Source of the DNA: Rhodospirillales bacterium | Lineage (GTDB): Bacteria > Pseudomonadota > Alphaproteobacteria > SP197 | DNA length: 64,000 nucleotides | Direction: 5' to 3' | NCBI GenBank assembly: GCA_014323865.1 | Contig: JACONG010000016.1 | Span: 253,982-317,981, forward strand | Made by a program: the position numbers and the translations under genes | Notes under the pieces: model-generated | Database searches by the model: none | Seen by the model: only the letters and a program-made list of their open reading frames with translations | What the model was told of the DNA's origin: nothing | In this document: piece after piece, positions 30,380 through 39,383 of the stretch | Layout: each line of letters begins with the position of its first letter | Position numbering within the stretch: position 1 is the stretch's first letter

Positions 30380-31500
30380 AGGTCTGCCAGCTCTGTGCCG
30401 TCGATTTCACCATGGCCCGTCTGCTCCTGCCGCTCTGTACCGCGATACAGGACGCCGGCCATGAGGTCGTGGCGATCTGCTCGGACGGGCCCCTTCTGGA
30501 GCATGTGCGTCAGGCAGGCGTTCGTTGTCGTCCCGTCCCCATTGCCCGCAGCATGAACCCGCTGAAGGCGTTGCGCTCCTCGGAGGCCGTCTCCCGGGTC
30601 CTGCGCGAGGAACGCTTCGACCTCGTCCATGTCCATACGCCGGTCGCGAGCCTGGTTGGCCGCCTGGCCGCCTGGCGAACCGCTGTGCCGACGCTGGCCT
30701 ACACCGCGCACGGCTTCTATTTCCACGAACACATGCCCCGGTTCCGGCGCAACGCCTTCGTCGTGGCCGAGTGGATCGCGGGCCGCGTGACCGATGTCCT
30801 GATGACCCAGTCGCGCGAGGACGCCGCCTTCGCCCGCAAGCACGGCCTGATCGCCGGCCCCGTCATCGAGGCGATCGGCAACGGCGTGGATGCCGCACGG
30901 TTCACGCCCGGCCCGGCCGAGCGGCGTGCGTCCGTGCGCGATACGCTCCAGACGCCGCAGGACGCACCGGTGGTAATGATGGTCGGCCGGCTGGTCGCCG
31001 AAAAGGGCTACCCCGAGCTGTTCGGTGCCATGGGTTCGGTCGATGCCCATCTTTGGGTCGCGGGCGCGCGCCTTGCCAGCGATCACGCCGATCCCATCGA
31101 CCTGGCGCTTGCCGAACTCGACGCCGATCCGGCGCTGAAGCGGCGGGTTCATCTGCTGGGCGAACGCGAGGACGTGCCCGACCTCCTCGCTGCGGCCGAT
31201 CTCTTCACCCTGCCGAGCCGTCGGGAGGGCATGCCGCGTTCGATCATCGAGGCCATGATGACCGGTCTGCCCGTCGTGGCGACCGACATCCGCGGCAGCC
31301 GTGAGGAGGTGGTGCCCGGCGAGACCGGACATCTTGTCCCGGTCGGCGACATCCCGGCGCTGGCTGCCGCCCTTGACGACCTGATCCGCGATCCCCTCAA
31401 GCGTACCGCCTTCGGTGCTGCCGGGCGCCGCCGGGCGCTTGAGCTCTACGACGAGACGAAGGTGATCGCCCGCCAGCTCGGGATCCTCGGGCTGACGTAA
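30376..31500 (+). CDS. Glycosyltransferase family 4 (WbuB/WcaL-like)
   Basis: GTG start overlapping the AsnB-like stop (GTGA); C-terminal motif REGMPRSIIEAMMTGLPVVATDIRGSREEVVPGETG. Confidence 0.85.
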   Translation: MKVCQLCAVDFTMARLLLPLCTAIQDAGHEVVAICSDGPLLEHVRQAGVRCRPVPIARSMNPLKALRSSEAVSRVLREERFDLVHVHTPVASLVGRLAAWRTAVPTLAYTAHGFYFHEHMPRFRRNAFVVAEWIAGRVTDVLMTQSREDAAFARKHGLIAGPVIEAIGNGVDAARFTPGPAERRASVRDTLQTPQDAPVVMMVGRLVAEKGYPELFGAMGSVDAHLWVAGARLASDHADPIDLALAELDADPALKRRVHLLGEREDVPDLLAAADLFTLPSRREGMPRSIIEAMMTGLPVVATDIRGSREEVVPGETGHLVPVGDIPALAAALDDLIRDPLKRTAFGAAGRRRALELYDETKVIARQLGILGLT

Positions 31501-31517
31501 CACGTTACCAGAGCATG

Positions 31518-31604
31518 TCCCGTTCAGATTGAATCAATCCGAACGGGTGACGATGCTCCGGGTCTTGAGATGCAGGGCGGTTCCAACTGGGTGCGCTCCG
31601 CTCC
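31518..31604. repeat. Mosaic palindromic repeat, copy B (full left and right modules)
   Basis: CCCGTTCAGATTGAATCAATCCGAACGGGTGACGATGCTCCGGGTCTTGAGATGCAGGGCGG…CCGCTCC; about 90% identical to copy A over the shared modules. Contains the stop codon and last ~23 codons of the minus-strand MBL gene. Confidence 0.6.
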
Positions 31605-32499
31605 GGGCGAGCCGGCAGATGCCGTGCACGCTTGGCGGACCCTCGGTCGTGAGCCGTTCTGTCTCGACCATGTGGATGATGTGCGCCAGCACCGACTGGC
31701 GCGCGGCGGGATGGAGACTGCGGTCGACCGCTGCATACATGCGTTCCACCATCTCCGGGATCGTCGTGATCCCGTCCTCCAGACAGGCCACGATCTGCTC
31801 TTCGCGTGCCTCCCTGTGCGCGATCAGCGCCGTCACATGCGTTTTGGGGTCGGTGATGGCGGGTCCGTGGGTCGGCAGATAGATCGTATCGTCGCGCTCC
31901 AGCAGAACCCGGAGGCTCCGCATGTAAGCCGCCATATCGCCGTCCGGCGGCGAGACCACCGTGGTCGACCAGCCCATGACATGATCGCCCGAGAACAGGG
32001 TCGTCTCGTCGCGAAGGCAGAAACACATGTGGTTTGAGGTGTGGCCCGGCGTGAAGACACATTCCACCGTCCAGCCGGCCCCTTCGATCACGTCGCCGTG
32101 GCGCACCTTGTGGTCGGGCCGGAAATCGCGGTCCCCGCCTTCCTCCACCGCCACCTCGCCTTCCGCCCGGCCCGAGCCGTGCGGCCCGAAGGCCCAGGTC
32201 TCGGCTCCGGTCGCCTGCCTGATGAGCGCCGCGGCAGGTGAATGGTCGCTGTGGGTGTGGGTCACCAGCTGGTGCGTGATCGTCTCGCCCGCGGTCGCCG
32301 CCAGGATCGCATCGACATGGCGCGGGATCGCCGGCCCCGCATCGACCACCGCCACCTCGCCCCGGCCGATGATGTAGGTGCCCGTGCCGTGATAGGTGAA
32401 CCCCGACGGGTTGTCCGCCACCACCCGCCGCACCAGCGGCGAGACCTCGGTGGCGGTACCATAGGTGACGCTGTCTTCATGGACGAAGGGAACGGTCAT
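31534..32499 (-). CDS. MBL-fold metallo-hydrolase
   Basis: Start MTVPFVHEDSVTYG (ATG 32499); HxHxDH motif THTHSDH, further His/Asp ligands (…TPGHTSNH…FSGDHV…). C-terminal tail …ICRLARSGAHPVGTALHLKTRSIVTRSD* is encoded by repeat copy B. Confidence 0.8.
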   Translation of the reverse strand: MTVPFVHEDSVTYGTATEVSPLVRRVVADNPSGFTYHGTGTYIIGRGEVAVVDAGPAIPRHVDAILAATAGETITHQLVTHTHSDHSPAAALIRQATGAETWAFGPHGSGRAEGEVAVEEGGDRDFRPDHKVRHGDVIEGAGWTVECVFTPGHTSNHMCFCLRDETTLFSGDHVMGWSTTVVSPPDGDMAAYMRSLRVLLERDDTIYLPTHGPAITDPKTHVTALIAHREAREEQIVACLEDGITTIPEMVERMYAAVDRSLHPAARQSVLAHIIHMVETERLTTEGPPSVHGICRLARSGAHPVGTALHLKTRSIVTRSD

Positions 32500-32502
32500 G
32501 GC

Positions 32503-32545
32503 GTGGCTCCGAGTCTTTGGATGCAGGGCGGGTGCGATCCGCTCT
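32503..32545. repeat. Mosaic repeat, copy C (right module only, partial)
   Basis: GAGTCTTTGGATGCAGGGCGGgtgcgATCCGCTCT matches the right module of copy A (GAGTCTTTAGATGCAGAGCGGAT…ATCCGCTCT) with the internal hairpin deleted; it lies 4 bp upstream of the MBL start codon. Confidence 0.45.
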
Positions 32546-32885
32546 GGCACCGGGACATGATGCACAATCGGCTGCCCGAATGAACCGTCAGACATCGAGC
32601 CCGCCGTTCGACGCGGCACGCTGGGCGCCGCCGATGACATCCATGACGCCGGCGTTACCGCTGGCGTTCGCCAGTGTGCCCGATGCGAAAGATGACCTTG
32701 ATCCCGGCTTCGACGTGCCGGGGTTCCCATTCAGGCTTCGGTTCTCGTGCGGCATTGCGCGAGAAACTCCTTGACCGTCTCCACCGCCAGCCCTACATCC
32801 CCGCCACCGCCGCCAATCAAGGACGATACCGTCCGCGATCCCCTGATGGGTTCGCGCGATGCCGTGTCGTCTGGAGGGTCGTGCC

Positions 32886-33194
32886 ATGGCTTTCAAGGTC
32901 GTGACCGCGAACCGTCTGCTGGACGGAGCGGTGGTGTGGATGGCGCCCGAGGAGCGCTGGACGGAGTGCCTGGATGCCGCACTCGTGTTCGAGTCCGATG
33001 ACGGTGCGGCCATGCTGGCGATGGCCGGGCGTGCGGTCACCGACCGGCTCGTGGTGTCCCCCTATCTGATCGATGTCGCGCCCGGTGCCGCCGGTGTTCG
33101 GCCGGTGCACATCAAGGAGGTCATTCGTGCGGCGGGCCCTACGGTGCGGCCTGACCTGGGCTACCAGGCCCGGCTTTCCCCCGTCGCCCGGTAA
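32886..33194 (+). CDS. DUF2849-domain protein (small protein typically preceding alphaproteobacterial sulfite reductase genes)
   Basis: MAFKVVTANRLLDGAVVWMAPEERW…; ATG 32886; immediately upstream of the cysI-like gene. Confidence 0.65.
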   Translation: MAFKVVTANRLLDGAVVWMAPEERWTECLDAALVFESDDGAAMLAMAGRAVTDRLVVSPYLIDVAPGAAGVRPVHIKEVIRAAGPTVRPDLGYQARLSPVAR

Positions 33195-33209
33195 CGCGGG
33201 AGCCCGCCG

Positions 33210-34868
33210 ATGTACCGCTACGACGAGTTCGACCGCACCATCGTCAACGAACGGGTCGCGCAGTTCCGCGACCAGGTGCGCCGCCGCGTTGCCGGCGAGC
33301 TCACCGAGGACGAGTTCAAGCCGCTGCGCCTGATGAACGGGCTCTACCTGCAGCTCCACGCCTACATGCTGCGGGTCGCCATTCCCTATGGCGTGCTGTC
33401 CTCGCGCCAGATGCGCCGGCTGGCGCGGATCGCGCGGGTCTACGACAAGGGCTACGGCCATTTCACCACGCGCCAGAACATCCAGTACAACTGGCCGCGC
33501 CTGGAAGAGGTGCCGGATATCCTGGAGGAGCTGGCCGAGGTCGAGATGCACGCCATCCAGACCAGCGGCAACTGCATCCGCAATGTCACCGCCGACCAGT
33601 TCGCCGGTGTCGCGGCCGACGAGATCGACGACCCCCGGATCTACGCCGAGATCATCCGCCAGTGGTCCACGCTGCACCCGGAGTTCAGCTTCCTGCCGCG
33701 CAAGTTCAAGATTGCCATCACCGGCGCGCCCAACGACCGGGCGGCCGTGAAGGTGCACGACATCGGCCTGCGCATGGTGCGCAACGACGCGGGCGAGGCG
33801 GGTTTCGAGGTGATCGTCGGTGGCGGCCAGGGTCGCACGCCCATGGTAGGCCACGTCGTCCGCGCCTTCCTGCCGGTGCCCCGGCTGCTGACCTATCTGG
33901 AGGCCGTCCTGCGGGTCTACAACCAGCTCGGCCGGCGCGACAATCTCTACAAGGCGCGGATCAAGGTCCTGGTGCACCAGACCGGTGTCGAAGCGTTCAC
34001 GCGGCTGGTCGAGGACGAGTTTCAGGCGATGGCTGAGGAGACGCCCCAGGTCCTGCCCGGTGGCGAACTCGCGCGCATCCGCGCCTGCTTCCGGCCCCCG
34101 GCCTACCGGACGCTGGAGGACCATCCCGCAACGCTGACCGAGGCGCTGGCGGCCGATCCGGCCTTCGCCCGCTGGCACAGCACGGCGGTCTCGGCCCACA
34201 AGCAGCCGGGCTACGCCATCGTCACCATCGCGCTCAAGCCGATCGGCGGCGTGCCCGGCGACGCCACCGCCGCCCGGATGGACGCGGTCGCCGATCTCGC
34301 CGACAGGTTCGGCTTCGGCGAAATCCGCGTGAGCCACGAGCAGAACCTGGTTCTGCCCGATGTGGCGCAGGAGGAGCTGTTTGCGCTCTGGCAGGGCCTG
34401 GTCTCGGCCGCTCTCGACACGCCCAACGCGGGCCTGATCACCGATATCGTCGCCTGCCCGGGCCTCGACTACTGCAATCTCGCCAATGCGCGTTCCATCC
34501 CCGTCGCCCGGGAGATCGGCAAGCGGTTCGCCGCTCTCGACCGCCAGCATGACATCGGCGAGCTGAAGCTCAGGATCTCGGGCTGCATCAACGCCTGCGG
34601 CCATCATCACGTCGGCCACATCGGCATCCTCGGCGTCGACAAGAAGGGCGTGGAGCACTACCAGATCACGCTCGGCGGCGACGATACCGAGACCGCGGCC
34701 ATCGGCGACATCGTCGGCCCGGCCTTCCCGGCCGAGACGGTGACCGATGCGGTCGAAACCATCGTCGGCGTCTATCTCGACCGGCGCGAAGCGGGCGAGC
34801 GTTTCCTCGACACCTGTCGCCGGATCGGCCTGAAGCCGTTCAAGGAGGTGCTCTATGCCGCTCATTAA
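33210..34868 (+). CDS. cysI: Assimilatory sulfite reductase hemoprotein / ferredoxin-type nitrite-sulfite reductase
   Basis: 552 aa; NiR/SiR ferredoxin-like half-domains and siroheme/4Fe-4S Cys cluster (…ACPGLDYCNLA… and …SGCINACGHHHVGHIGILG…). Confidence 0.85.
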   Translation: MYRYDEFDRTIVNERVAQFRDQVRRRVAGELTEDEFKPLRLMNGLYLQLHAYMLRVAIPYGVLSSRQMRRLARIARVYDKGYGHFTTRQNIQYNWPRLEEVPDILEELAEVEMHAIQTSGNCIRNVTADQFAGVAADEIDDPRIYAEIIRQWSTLHPEFSFLPRKFKIAITGAPNDRAAVKVHDIGLRMVRNDAGEAGFEVIVGGGQGRTPMVGHVVRAFLPVPRLLTYLEAVLRVYNQLGRRDNLYKARIKVLVHQTGVEAFTRLVEDEFQAMAEETPQVLPGGELARIRACFRPPAYRTLEDHPATLTEALAADPAFARWHSTAVSAHKQPGYAIVTIALKPIGGVPGDATAARMDAVADLADRFGFGEIRVSHEQNLVLPDVAQEELFALWQGLVSAALDTPNAGLITDIVACPGLDYCNLANARSIPVAREIGKRFAALDRQHDIGELKLRISGCINACGHHHVGHIGILGVDKKGVEHYQITLGGDDTETAAIGDIVGPAFPAETVTDAVETIVGVYLDRREAGERFLDTCRRIGLKPFKEVLYAAH

Positions 34869-35361
34869 GGATGGCGCTTTCAGCAGCGACCCCTGGGTCC
34901 GCGTCGACGACCGACAGGCCCTGCCCGATGGGCCGGTCGTCATCACGCTCAGGCGCTGGCTCGCCGAGCGCGGCGCGCTCGAGGCGCGCAACGCGCCGCT
35001 GGGTCTCGTGTTGGCCAGCGACGAGGCACCCGACGCGCTGGCCGACGATATCGCGCGCTTCGACCTGATCTGTCTGGAATTCCCGAGGTTCACCGACGGA
35101 CGCGCCTACTCTTGCGCGCGCAAGCTGCGGGAACGGCTGGGCTATGGCGGCGAGCTGCGCGCGGTGGGCAATGTCCTGCGCGACCAGTTCCTGTTCATGC
35201 ACCGCTGCGGCTTCGATGCCTTCGAGGTTTCCGGGAACGACGATCCGGCGTCGTGGCAGCGTGCCGTCACCGAGATCTCCGTGGCCTACCAGAGCGCGGC
35301 CGACCGGCGTGCCACAATCGTCCGACAACGCCACGCGGACGAGGCACCAAAGCGCCGTTGA
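34855..35361 (+). CDS. DUF934-domain protein (conserved partner of alphaproteobacterial cysI)
   Basis: 168 aa, MPLIKDGAFSSDPWVRVDD…FPRFTDGRAYSCARKLRE…; start overlaps cysI stop. Confidence 0.7.
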   Translation: MPLIKDGAFSSDPWVRVDDRQALPDGPVVITLRRWLAERGALEARNAPLGLVLASDEAPDALADDIARFDLICLEFPRFTDGRAYSCARKLRERLGYGGELRAVGNVLRDQFLFMHRCGFDAFEVSGNDDPASWQRAVTEISVAYQSAADRRATIVRQRHADEAPKRR

Positions 35362-35439
35362 CAAGGCCGGGGAACATCGCACCGCGTGCCTCTTCCCGGG
35401 AAGTCGTCGTTGGGTGTTTTCATCCCGCGGCACGGCTTC

Positions 35440-35998
35440 ATGCCGAAGGCGCCGCATTTCCACAACCGATGCCGCGCCTGGTCATCCGGCACCGACACCG
35501 TGTTGAAACAGCCAACATCCCGGATAGGCCCGCATCAACCCACCGTTTTTCGCCACGCCGGCTTCTCTCGGTCGCGACCTCCCGGTCGTCGGCCAGGACA
35601 CGGATGCCCTGCGGCACGGTCTCGCCGACCACGCACTGGGTCGCTCCGCCCGAGATGTCGTCAACGTCGAGCACGCCGAAGATGACGACCAGGTCGACAC
35701 GATCGCCCGTCAGGACGAAGCCGCCGCCGCTCGTGTCCGGGCTGACGCGGATCGTCGCGACGCGAACCGCGGATCGCATTGATGATCACGCGATCCCCGT
35801 CCTCGCCGCCGGCATCGTGAATGAAATGATGTGAGCGGGCAGAACCGGGTTTTTCCGGGCAGATCGGCCGTGGCGAACAGCACCTCGACCGGTTGCTTCG
35901 GAGGCCTCTTCGACGCTCGACAGCAACCGGCTGACGAAAAACGCAGTGGCACCGGCGGTTGCCAGTGCGACCACAATCAGGGATGATGATGACCACAC
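35440..35998 (-). pseudogene. cpaB: Flp pilus assembly protein CpaB/RcpC remnant (multiple frameshifts, 3' truncated)
   Basis: Four minus-strand frame segments carry consecutive CpaB-like sequence: N-terminal TM (MWSSSSLIVVALATAGATAFFVSRLL); QPVEVLFATADLPGKT (SAF region); DGDRVIINAIRG; and core MRSAVRVATIRVSPDTSGGGFVLTGDRVDLVVIF…GIRVLADD. At least three frameshifts separate them and about 60 codons are missing at the 3' end. Confidence 0.5.
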
Positions 35999-36132
35999 GC
36001 ATGGTTAAGTTCCAGTTTGACCTCCTGATCCCGCAAGTAAAGAGATTTATCGTAATCTCTCAAGGTCTTACTTTTCCTATTGAAAAATTTCATTAACCAA
36101 ATCGGATAACTCTTTACATCACCCAATATTGT

Positions 36133-36660
36133 TCAGTTAATCAGGAATCGTGTCACAAGGTCCATTTTGGGCCAGACGACGATGCCGCCTGCGGCGATGG
36201 CGATTCCGTAGGGCACGTCACGTGTCTGACCGAGAAGTCGAGCCAGGGGCGAGTCTTCGGCGATCCGTCCGCGCAGCAGCCGACGGATAACGAGAAGCCC
36301 GAGCGCCAGCACGCCGCCGGCGAGTCCGACAACGATCAGGAAGTCGGGCAGTATCGCAAAGCCGGTCCAGCACGCCGCTGCCGCAAGCAGCTTGACGTCG
36401 CCGCCGCCCAGCCGGTTCAGAACAAAGAGCACCAGACCGACAGCCAGAACGGCCAGGCCAGCGCCAAGATGCTAGGCGATCTCCTCAAGCCCGGCGCCCG
36501 TCACCAACGCCGCAGGCAGATAGAGACACACAAGGGCAAGGTTCAGCCGGTTGCCGATCCTGTAACGCGCGACATCGCTGGCAGCGGCGACCGCGAGCAG
36601 GATCGGGAAACCGAGCAGGAGGAGCGCCGTCGCGACCCTGGCCGGTTCGAAGTCGGTCAC
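36133..36660 (-). pseudogene. cpaA: Prepilin peptidase CpaA/TadV (A24 family) interrupted by an in-frame TAG
   Basis: N-part (36472..36660; …VATALLLLGFPILLAVAAASDVARYRIGNRLNL…) and C-part (36133..36432; …LNRLGGGDVKLLAAAACW…) are in the same frame, separated by TAG at 36472-36474. Combined length of about 175 aa is typical for CpaA. Confidence 0.55.
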
Positions 36661-36773
36661 GCGGTCTCCTTATCTTGCGCGATCTTGCGCGGTCCTCAAA
36701 CGAAAGCGAGGGCACGTGAAAGCCACGCACCCTCGCGACAGGCGAGCCGGCCGAAACCGGCTCCGAACTTGTC

Positions 36774-36980
36774 TTAGTTGCCCGAATCCTGCTGCATGGC
36801 CTCCGAGGTCGACTCGAAGAGAGAGTTGATGTCTTCGCCCAGGATCAGCAGGACGGCGATGATCGCAACGGCGATGGCGCCGGCGATGAGGCCGTATTCA
36901 ATGGCAGTCACGCCTTCCTCGTCCTTACGGAAACGGGACAGCTTGCTCGCCGCGTAGTTCGCAATACCTATCATGACCAA
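36774..36980 (-). CDS. flp: Flp/Fap family pilin
   Basis: …SKLSRFRKDEEGVTAIEYGLIAGAIAVAIIAVLLILG… shows the Flp motif (F-x-K-DE-x-G-x-TAIEYGLIA) plus hydrophobic segment; about 60-68 aa. Alternative start at ATG 36974. Confidence 0.65.
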   Translation of the reverse strand: MVMIGIANYAASKLSRFRKDEEGVTAIEYGLIAGAIAVAIIAVLLILGEDINSLFESTSEAMQQDSGN

Positions 36981-37087
36981 TCCCTCCTCAGGGTTTTCTG
37001 CGTCAAACCTGTTCCGGGGTCAAGCCCGGTATGCCCGCCGTGCCAATCAAGGCATCCCCGGTCGATGGTGAAGATGGGGAGCATTCC

Positions 37088-37102
37088 TTAACAAACGATT
37101 AA
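37088..37102. promoter_or_regulatory. CtrA-type box TTAA-N7-TTAA (TTAAcaaacgaTTAA) upstream of flp
   Basis: Exact TTAA-N7-TTAA spacing, followed by a further TTAAC 12 bp downstream (37111-37115). Lies 108-122 bp upstream of the flp start on the minus strand and 24 bp upstream of the + strand ORF at 37126. CtrA controls pilA in Caulobacter. Confidence 0.4.
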
Positions 37103-37125
37103 AACAAGCCTTAACTCTTGCCCGC

Positions 37126-37383
37126 GTGGTGTCAACCGTGGCCGAGTGTGCCGCCGAACGCCATGCCGCCAAGCTGCTCGACGGCAACGTCTCGCTGCTG
37201 CCAGACCAGCTGATCGCCCCCTGGGGCCCCGAGGATGTGCGGCGCGGCTACATGGGCGGCCTGCCCATGGCGAGCACCGGTTATGAAGGGGAAACGCGGC
37301 TCTACGCCAAGCAGACGCTGTTGCCCGGCAGCGAGTCCGGCGAGCGCAAAGGGCAGCGCGACCGCGAGGGGAAGACGCTCTAG
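37126..37383 (+). CDS. Hypothetical 85-aa protein (GTG start), no recognisable family
   Basis: Very high third-position GC in this frame only (about 85%), typical of genuine coding sequence in this genome; no motif recognised. Confidence 0.25.
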   Translation: MVSTVAECAAERHAAKLLDGNVSLLPDQLIAPWGPEDVRRGYMGGLPMASTGYEGETRLYAKQTLLPGSESGERKGQRDREGKTL

Positions 37384-38333
37384 CCGAACCGGGCCGGGCC
37401 CCGCAATCCGCCCCGCCGATAGAGCGCGAGATAACTCGGCACGACGACCTCGACGGTGGTCGGCGTGATGCCGAGATCGCCCAGCCCGGGCATGGACCGG
37501 GCGGCCACGTTGTCGATCTTCAGGAGTCGGACCTGGTCGGGTGTCAGAATCGGCTTCGGCGGCAGCTGCAGGAACAGCGCCTGGATCTGGGCGACCAGGA
37601 AGGGCATCGGCACAAGCAGGACGCCACGTTGCGTTTCGCGCCGGACGACCTCCATGAGCTGGCGGAACGAATAGGTCGACGGACCGCCAAGTTCGAAGGT
37701 CCGGCCGGCCGTCGAACGATCGTTGAGGCAGGCGACGATCGCAGCGGCGACATCGTCGACATAGACGGGCTGGAATCGCGTCGTACCGCCACCGAACAGC
37801 GGGATGACCGGTGACCATGTCGCCATCTGACCGAAGAGATTGAAGAAACCGTCCTCCGCGCCGAAGACGATGCTGGGCCGCACGATCGCGGCCTGGGGCA
37901 TTGTCTCCAGAACCGCCTGCTCAGCCGCGGCCTTGGAGCGTGCGTAGGCCGAGGGCGACTGGAGCATCGCCCCGATGGAGGAGACCTGCACCATGTGGCG
38001 GCATCCCGACCGAGCCGCCGCCTCGGCGATGTTGCGGGCACCCTCGACATGGATGCGACGGAACGTTCTCTTGCCACGCTCGTAGAGAATGCCGACCAGG
38101 TTGACGACGGAATCGGTGCCGTCGACCAGAGCAGAGACCTGCTCGGGATCGGCGATATCGGCGCGCACCGAAACGATCTGTCCGACATCCCCCAACGGCT
38201 GCAGAAACTTGGCGCGCTCGGTGTCGCGCACGGCCACGATCACGCGCCAGCCGTCGTCGGCCAGCCGCCGGACGAGGTAGCGCCCGAGGAAGCCCGAACC
38301 GCCAAACACCACGATATCGCGCTGCGCCATCAT
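37380..38333 (-). CDS. NAD(P)H-binding SDR protein, complex I NDUFA9-subunit family / NAD-dependent epimerase-dehydratase-like
   Basis: N-terminal Rossmann VFGGSGFLGRYLVRRL; start at MMAQRDIVVFGG (ATG 38333). Confidence 0.8.
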   Translation of the reverse strand: MMAQRDIVVFGGSGFLGRYLVRRLADDGWRVIVAVRDTERAKFLQPLGDVGQIVSVRADIADPEQVSALVDGTDSVVNLVGILYERGKRTFRRIHVEGARNIAEAAARSGCRHMVQVSSIGAMLQSPSAYARSKAAAEQAVLETMPQAAIVRPSIVFGAEDGFFNLFGQMATWSPVIPLFGGGTTRFQPVYVDDVAAAIVACLNDRSTAGRTFELGGPSTYSFRQLMEVVRRETQRGVLLVPMPFLVAQIQALFLQLPPKPILTPDQVRLLKIDNVAARSMPGLGDLGITPTTVEVVVPSYLALYRRGGLRGPARFG

Positions 38334-38435
38334 CAATCCTCCGCTGTGGCGCGGCACATCTTAGTCACCGTCTGCGGCCGGACAAGCGTGCACGGCCTTG
38401 ACACCGCATCGGCGCGACAATACTTGAAGCGCCGA

Positions 38436-38522
38436 GCCCAGGTGGCGGAATTGGTAGACGCGCAGGTTTCAGGTACCTGTGGGAGAAATCCCGTGGAAGT
38501 TCGAGTCTTCTCTTGGGCACCA
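38436..38522 (+). tRNA. tRNA-Leu (anticodon CAG)
   Basis: GCCCAGGTGGCGGAATTGGTAGACGCGCAGGTTTCAGGTACCTGTGGGAGAAATCCCGTGGAAGTTCGAGTCTTCTCTTGGGCACCA. It has a 7-bp acceptor stem with one G-U, D-arm GCGG/AATTGGTAGA, anticodon loop tTTCAGGt, long variable arm (class II), T-arm GGAAG/TTCGAGT/CTTCT and encoded CCA. Confidence 0.85.
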
Positions 38523-38629
38523 TCATCAGATAAGATGTTTCGCATTGATGCGCCGAAGGCACCGCAGCTTGCGCCGCAGGCATGCTGCGCCTAGGTTGCC
38601 GAGCGTTCGTAGCGGGCCTGGCTGGCAGC

Positions 38630-39241
38630 ATGGCCAACATTCTCTATCAGGGCGATCTCCCCGACGATCTCGATCTCGGGACCGTGGTCGCCGTTGACAC
38701 GGAAACCATGGGGCTCAATCCGGCCCGTGATCGGTTGTGCCTGGTGCAGCTGTCGTCGGGGGACGGCAACGCCCATCTTGTGCAGATCGCAAAGGGGCAG
38801 ACCGAAGCGCCCGTTCTGAAGGCGCTTCTCGAGAACCCGGACATTCTGAAGATCTTCCATTTCGCCCGGTTCGACGTCGCTGTGCTGCGACGCTGTCTCG
38901 ACGCCGTCGTGGTGCCAGCCTACTGCACCAAGATCGCTTCGAAACTGGTGCGGACATTTACCGACAGGCACGGCCTGAAGGATCTCTGCAAGGACCTGAT
39001 CAACGTCGACATCTCGAAGCAGCAGCAGAGCAGCGACTGGGGCGCGCCGGAACTCTCCAATGATCAGCTGAAGTATGCCGCGTCGGACGTCCTGCACCTG
39101 CATCGTTTAAGGGAAGAGCTCGACCGCAGGCTCGAACGGGAAGGTCGCAGCGACCTCGCGCGCGCGCTGTTCGATTTCCTTCCCCACCGGGCGGTGCTTG
39201 ATCTCTCAGGCTGGGACGATCCCGACATCTTCCAGCACTGA
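38630..39241 (+). CDS. 3'-5' exonuclease, RNase D-like (DEDDy)
   Basis: Exo I motif VAVDTETMGL, Exo II/III regions (…FHFARFDVAVL…YAASDVLHLHRL); ATG 38630. Confidence 0.8.
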   Translation: MANILYQGDLPDDLDLGTVVAVDTETMGLNPARDRLCLVQLSSGDGNAHLVQIAKGQTEAPVLKALLENPDILKIFHFARFDVAVLRRCLDAVVVPAYCTKIASKLVRTFTDRHGLKDLCKDLINVDISKQQQSSDWGAPELSNDQLKYAASDVLHLHRLREELDRRLEREGRSDLARALFDFLPHRAVLDLSGWDDPDIFQH

Positions 39242-39383
39242 GTCGGCAATCGGAGACGCATACGGCGTGTTGCAAGACCACTCCCCGACAGCGAACCCGG
39301 TCGCGGCAGCGTCGCAAGGTCGCGCGACGGCCGGACGCGGACGCGTCAAGATCGACTGGCGCTACACCCGCTTCGTCGGCCTG

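Noticed and set aside
36001-36100. 31-codon + strand ORF (MVKFQFDLLIPQVKRFIVISQGLTFPIEKFH) in the AT-rich spacer
   Set aside because: AT-rich codon usage unlike the rest of the genome and no RBS. More likely non-coding spacer or promoter DNA between the cpaA and cpaB remnants.
39198-39383. Extended LptC N-terminus starting at TTG 39198
   Set aside because: The first 62 codons (…SSSTESAIGDAYGVLQDHSPTANPVAAASQGRATAGRG…) are low-complexity and precede the expected N-terminal TM helix. ATG 39384 gives a canonical ~189-aa LptC. The longer form is kept only as an alternative.
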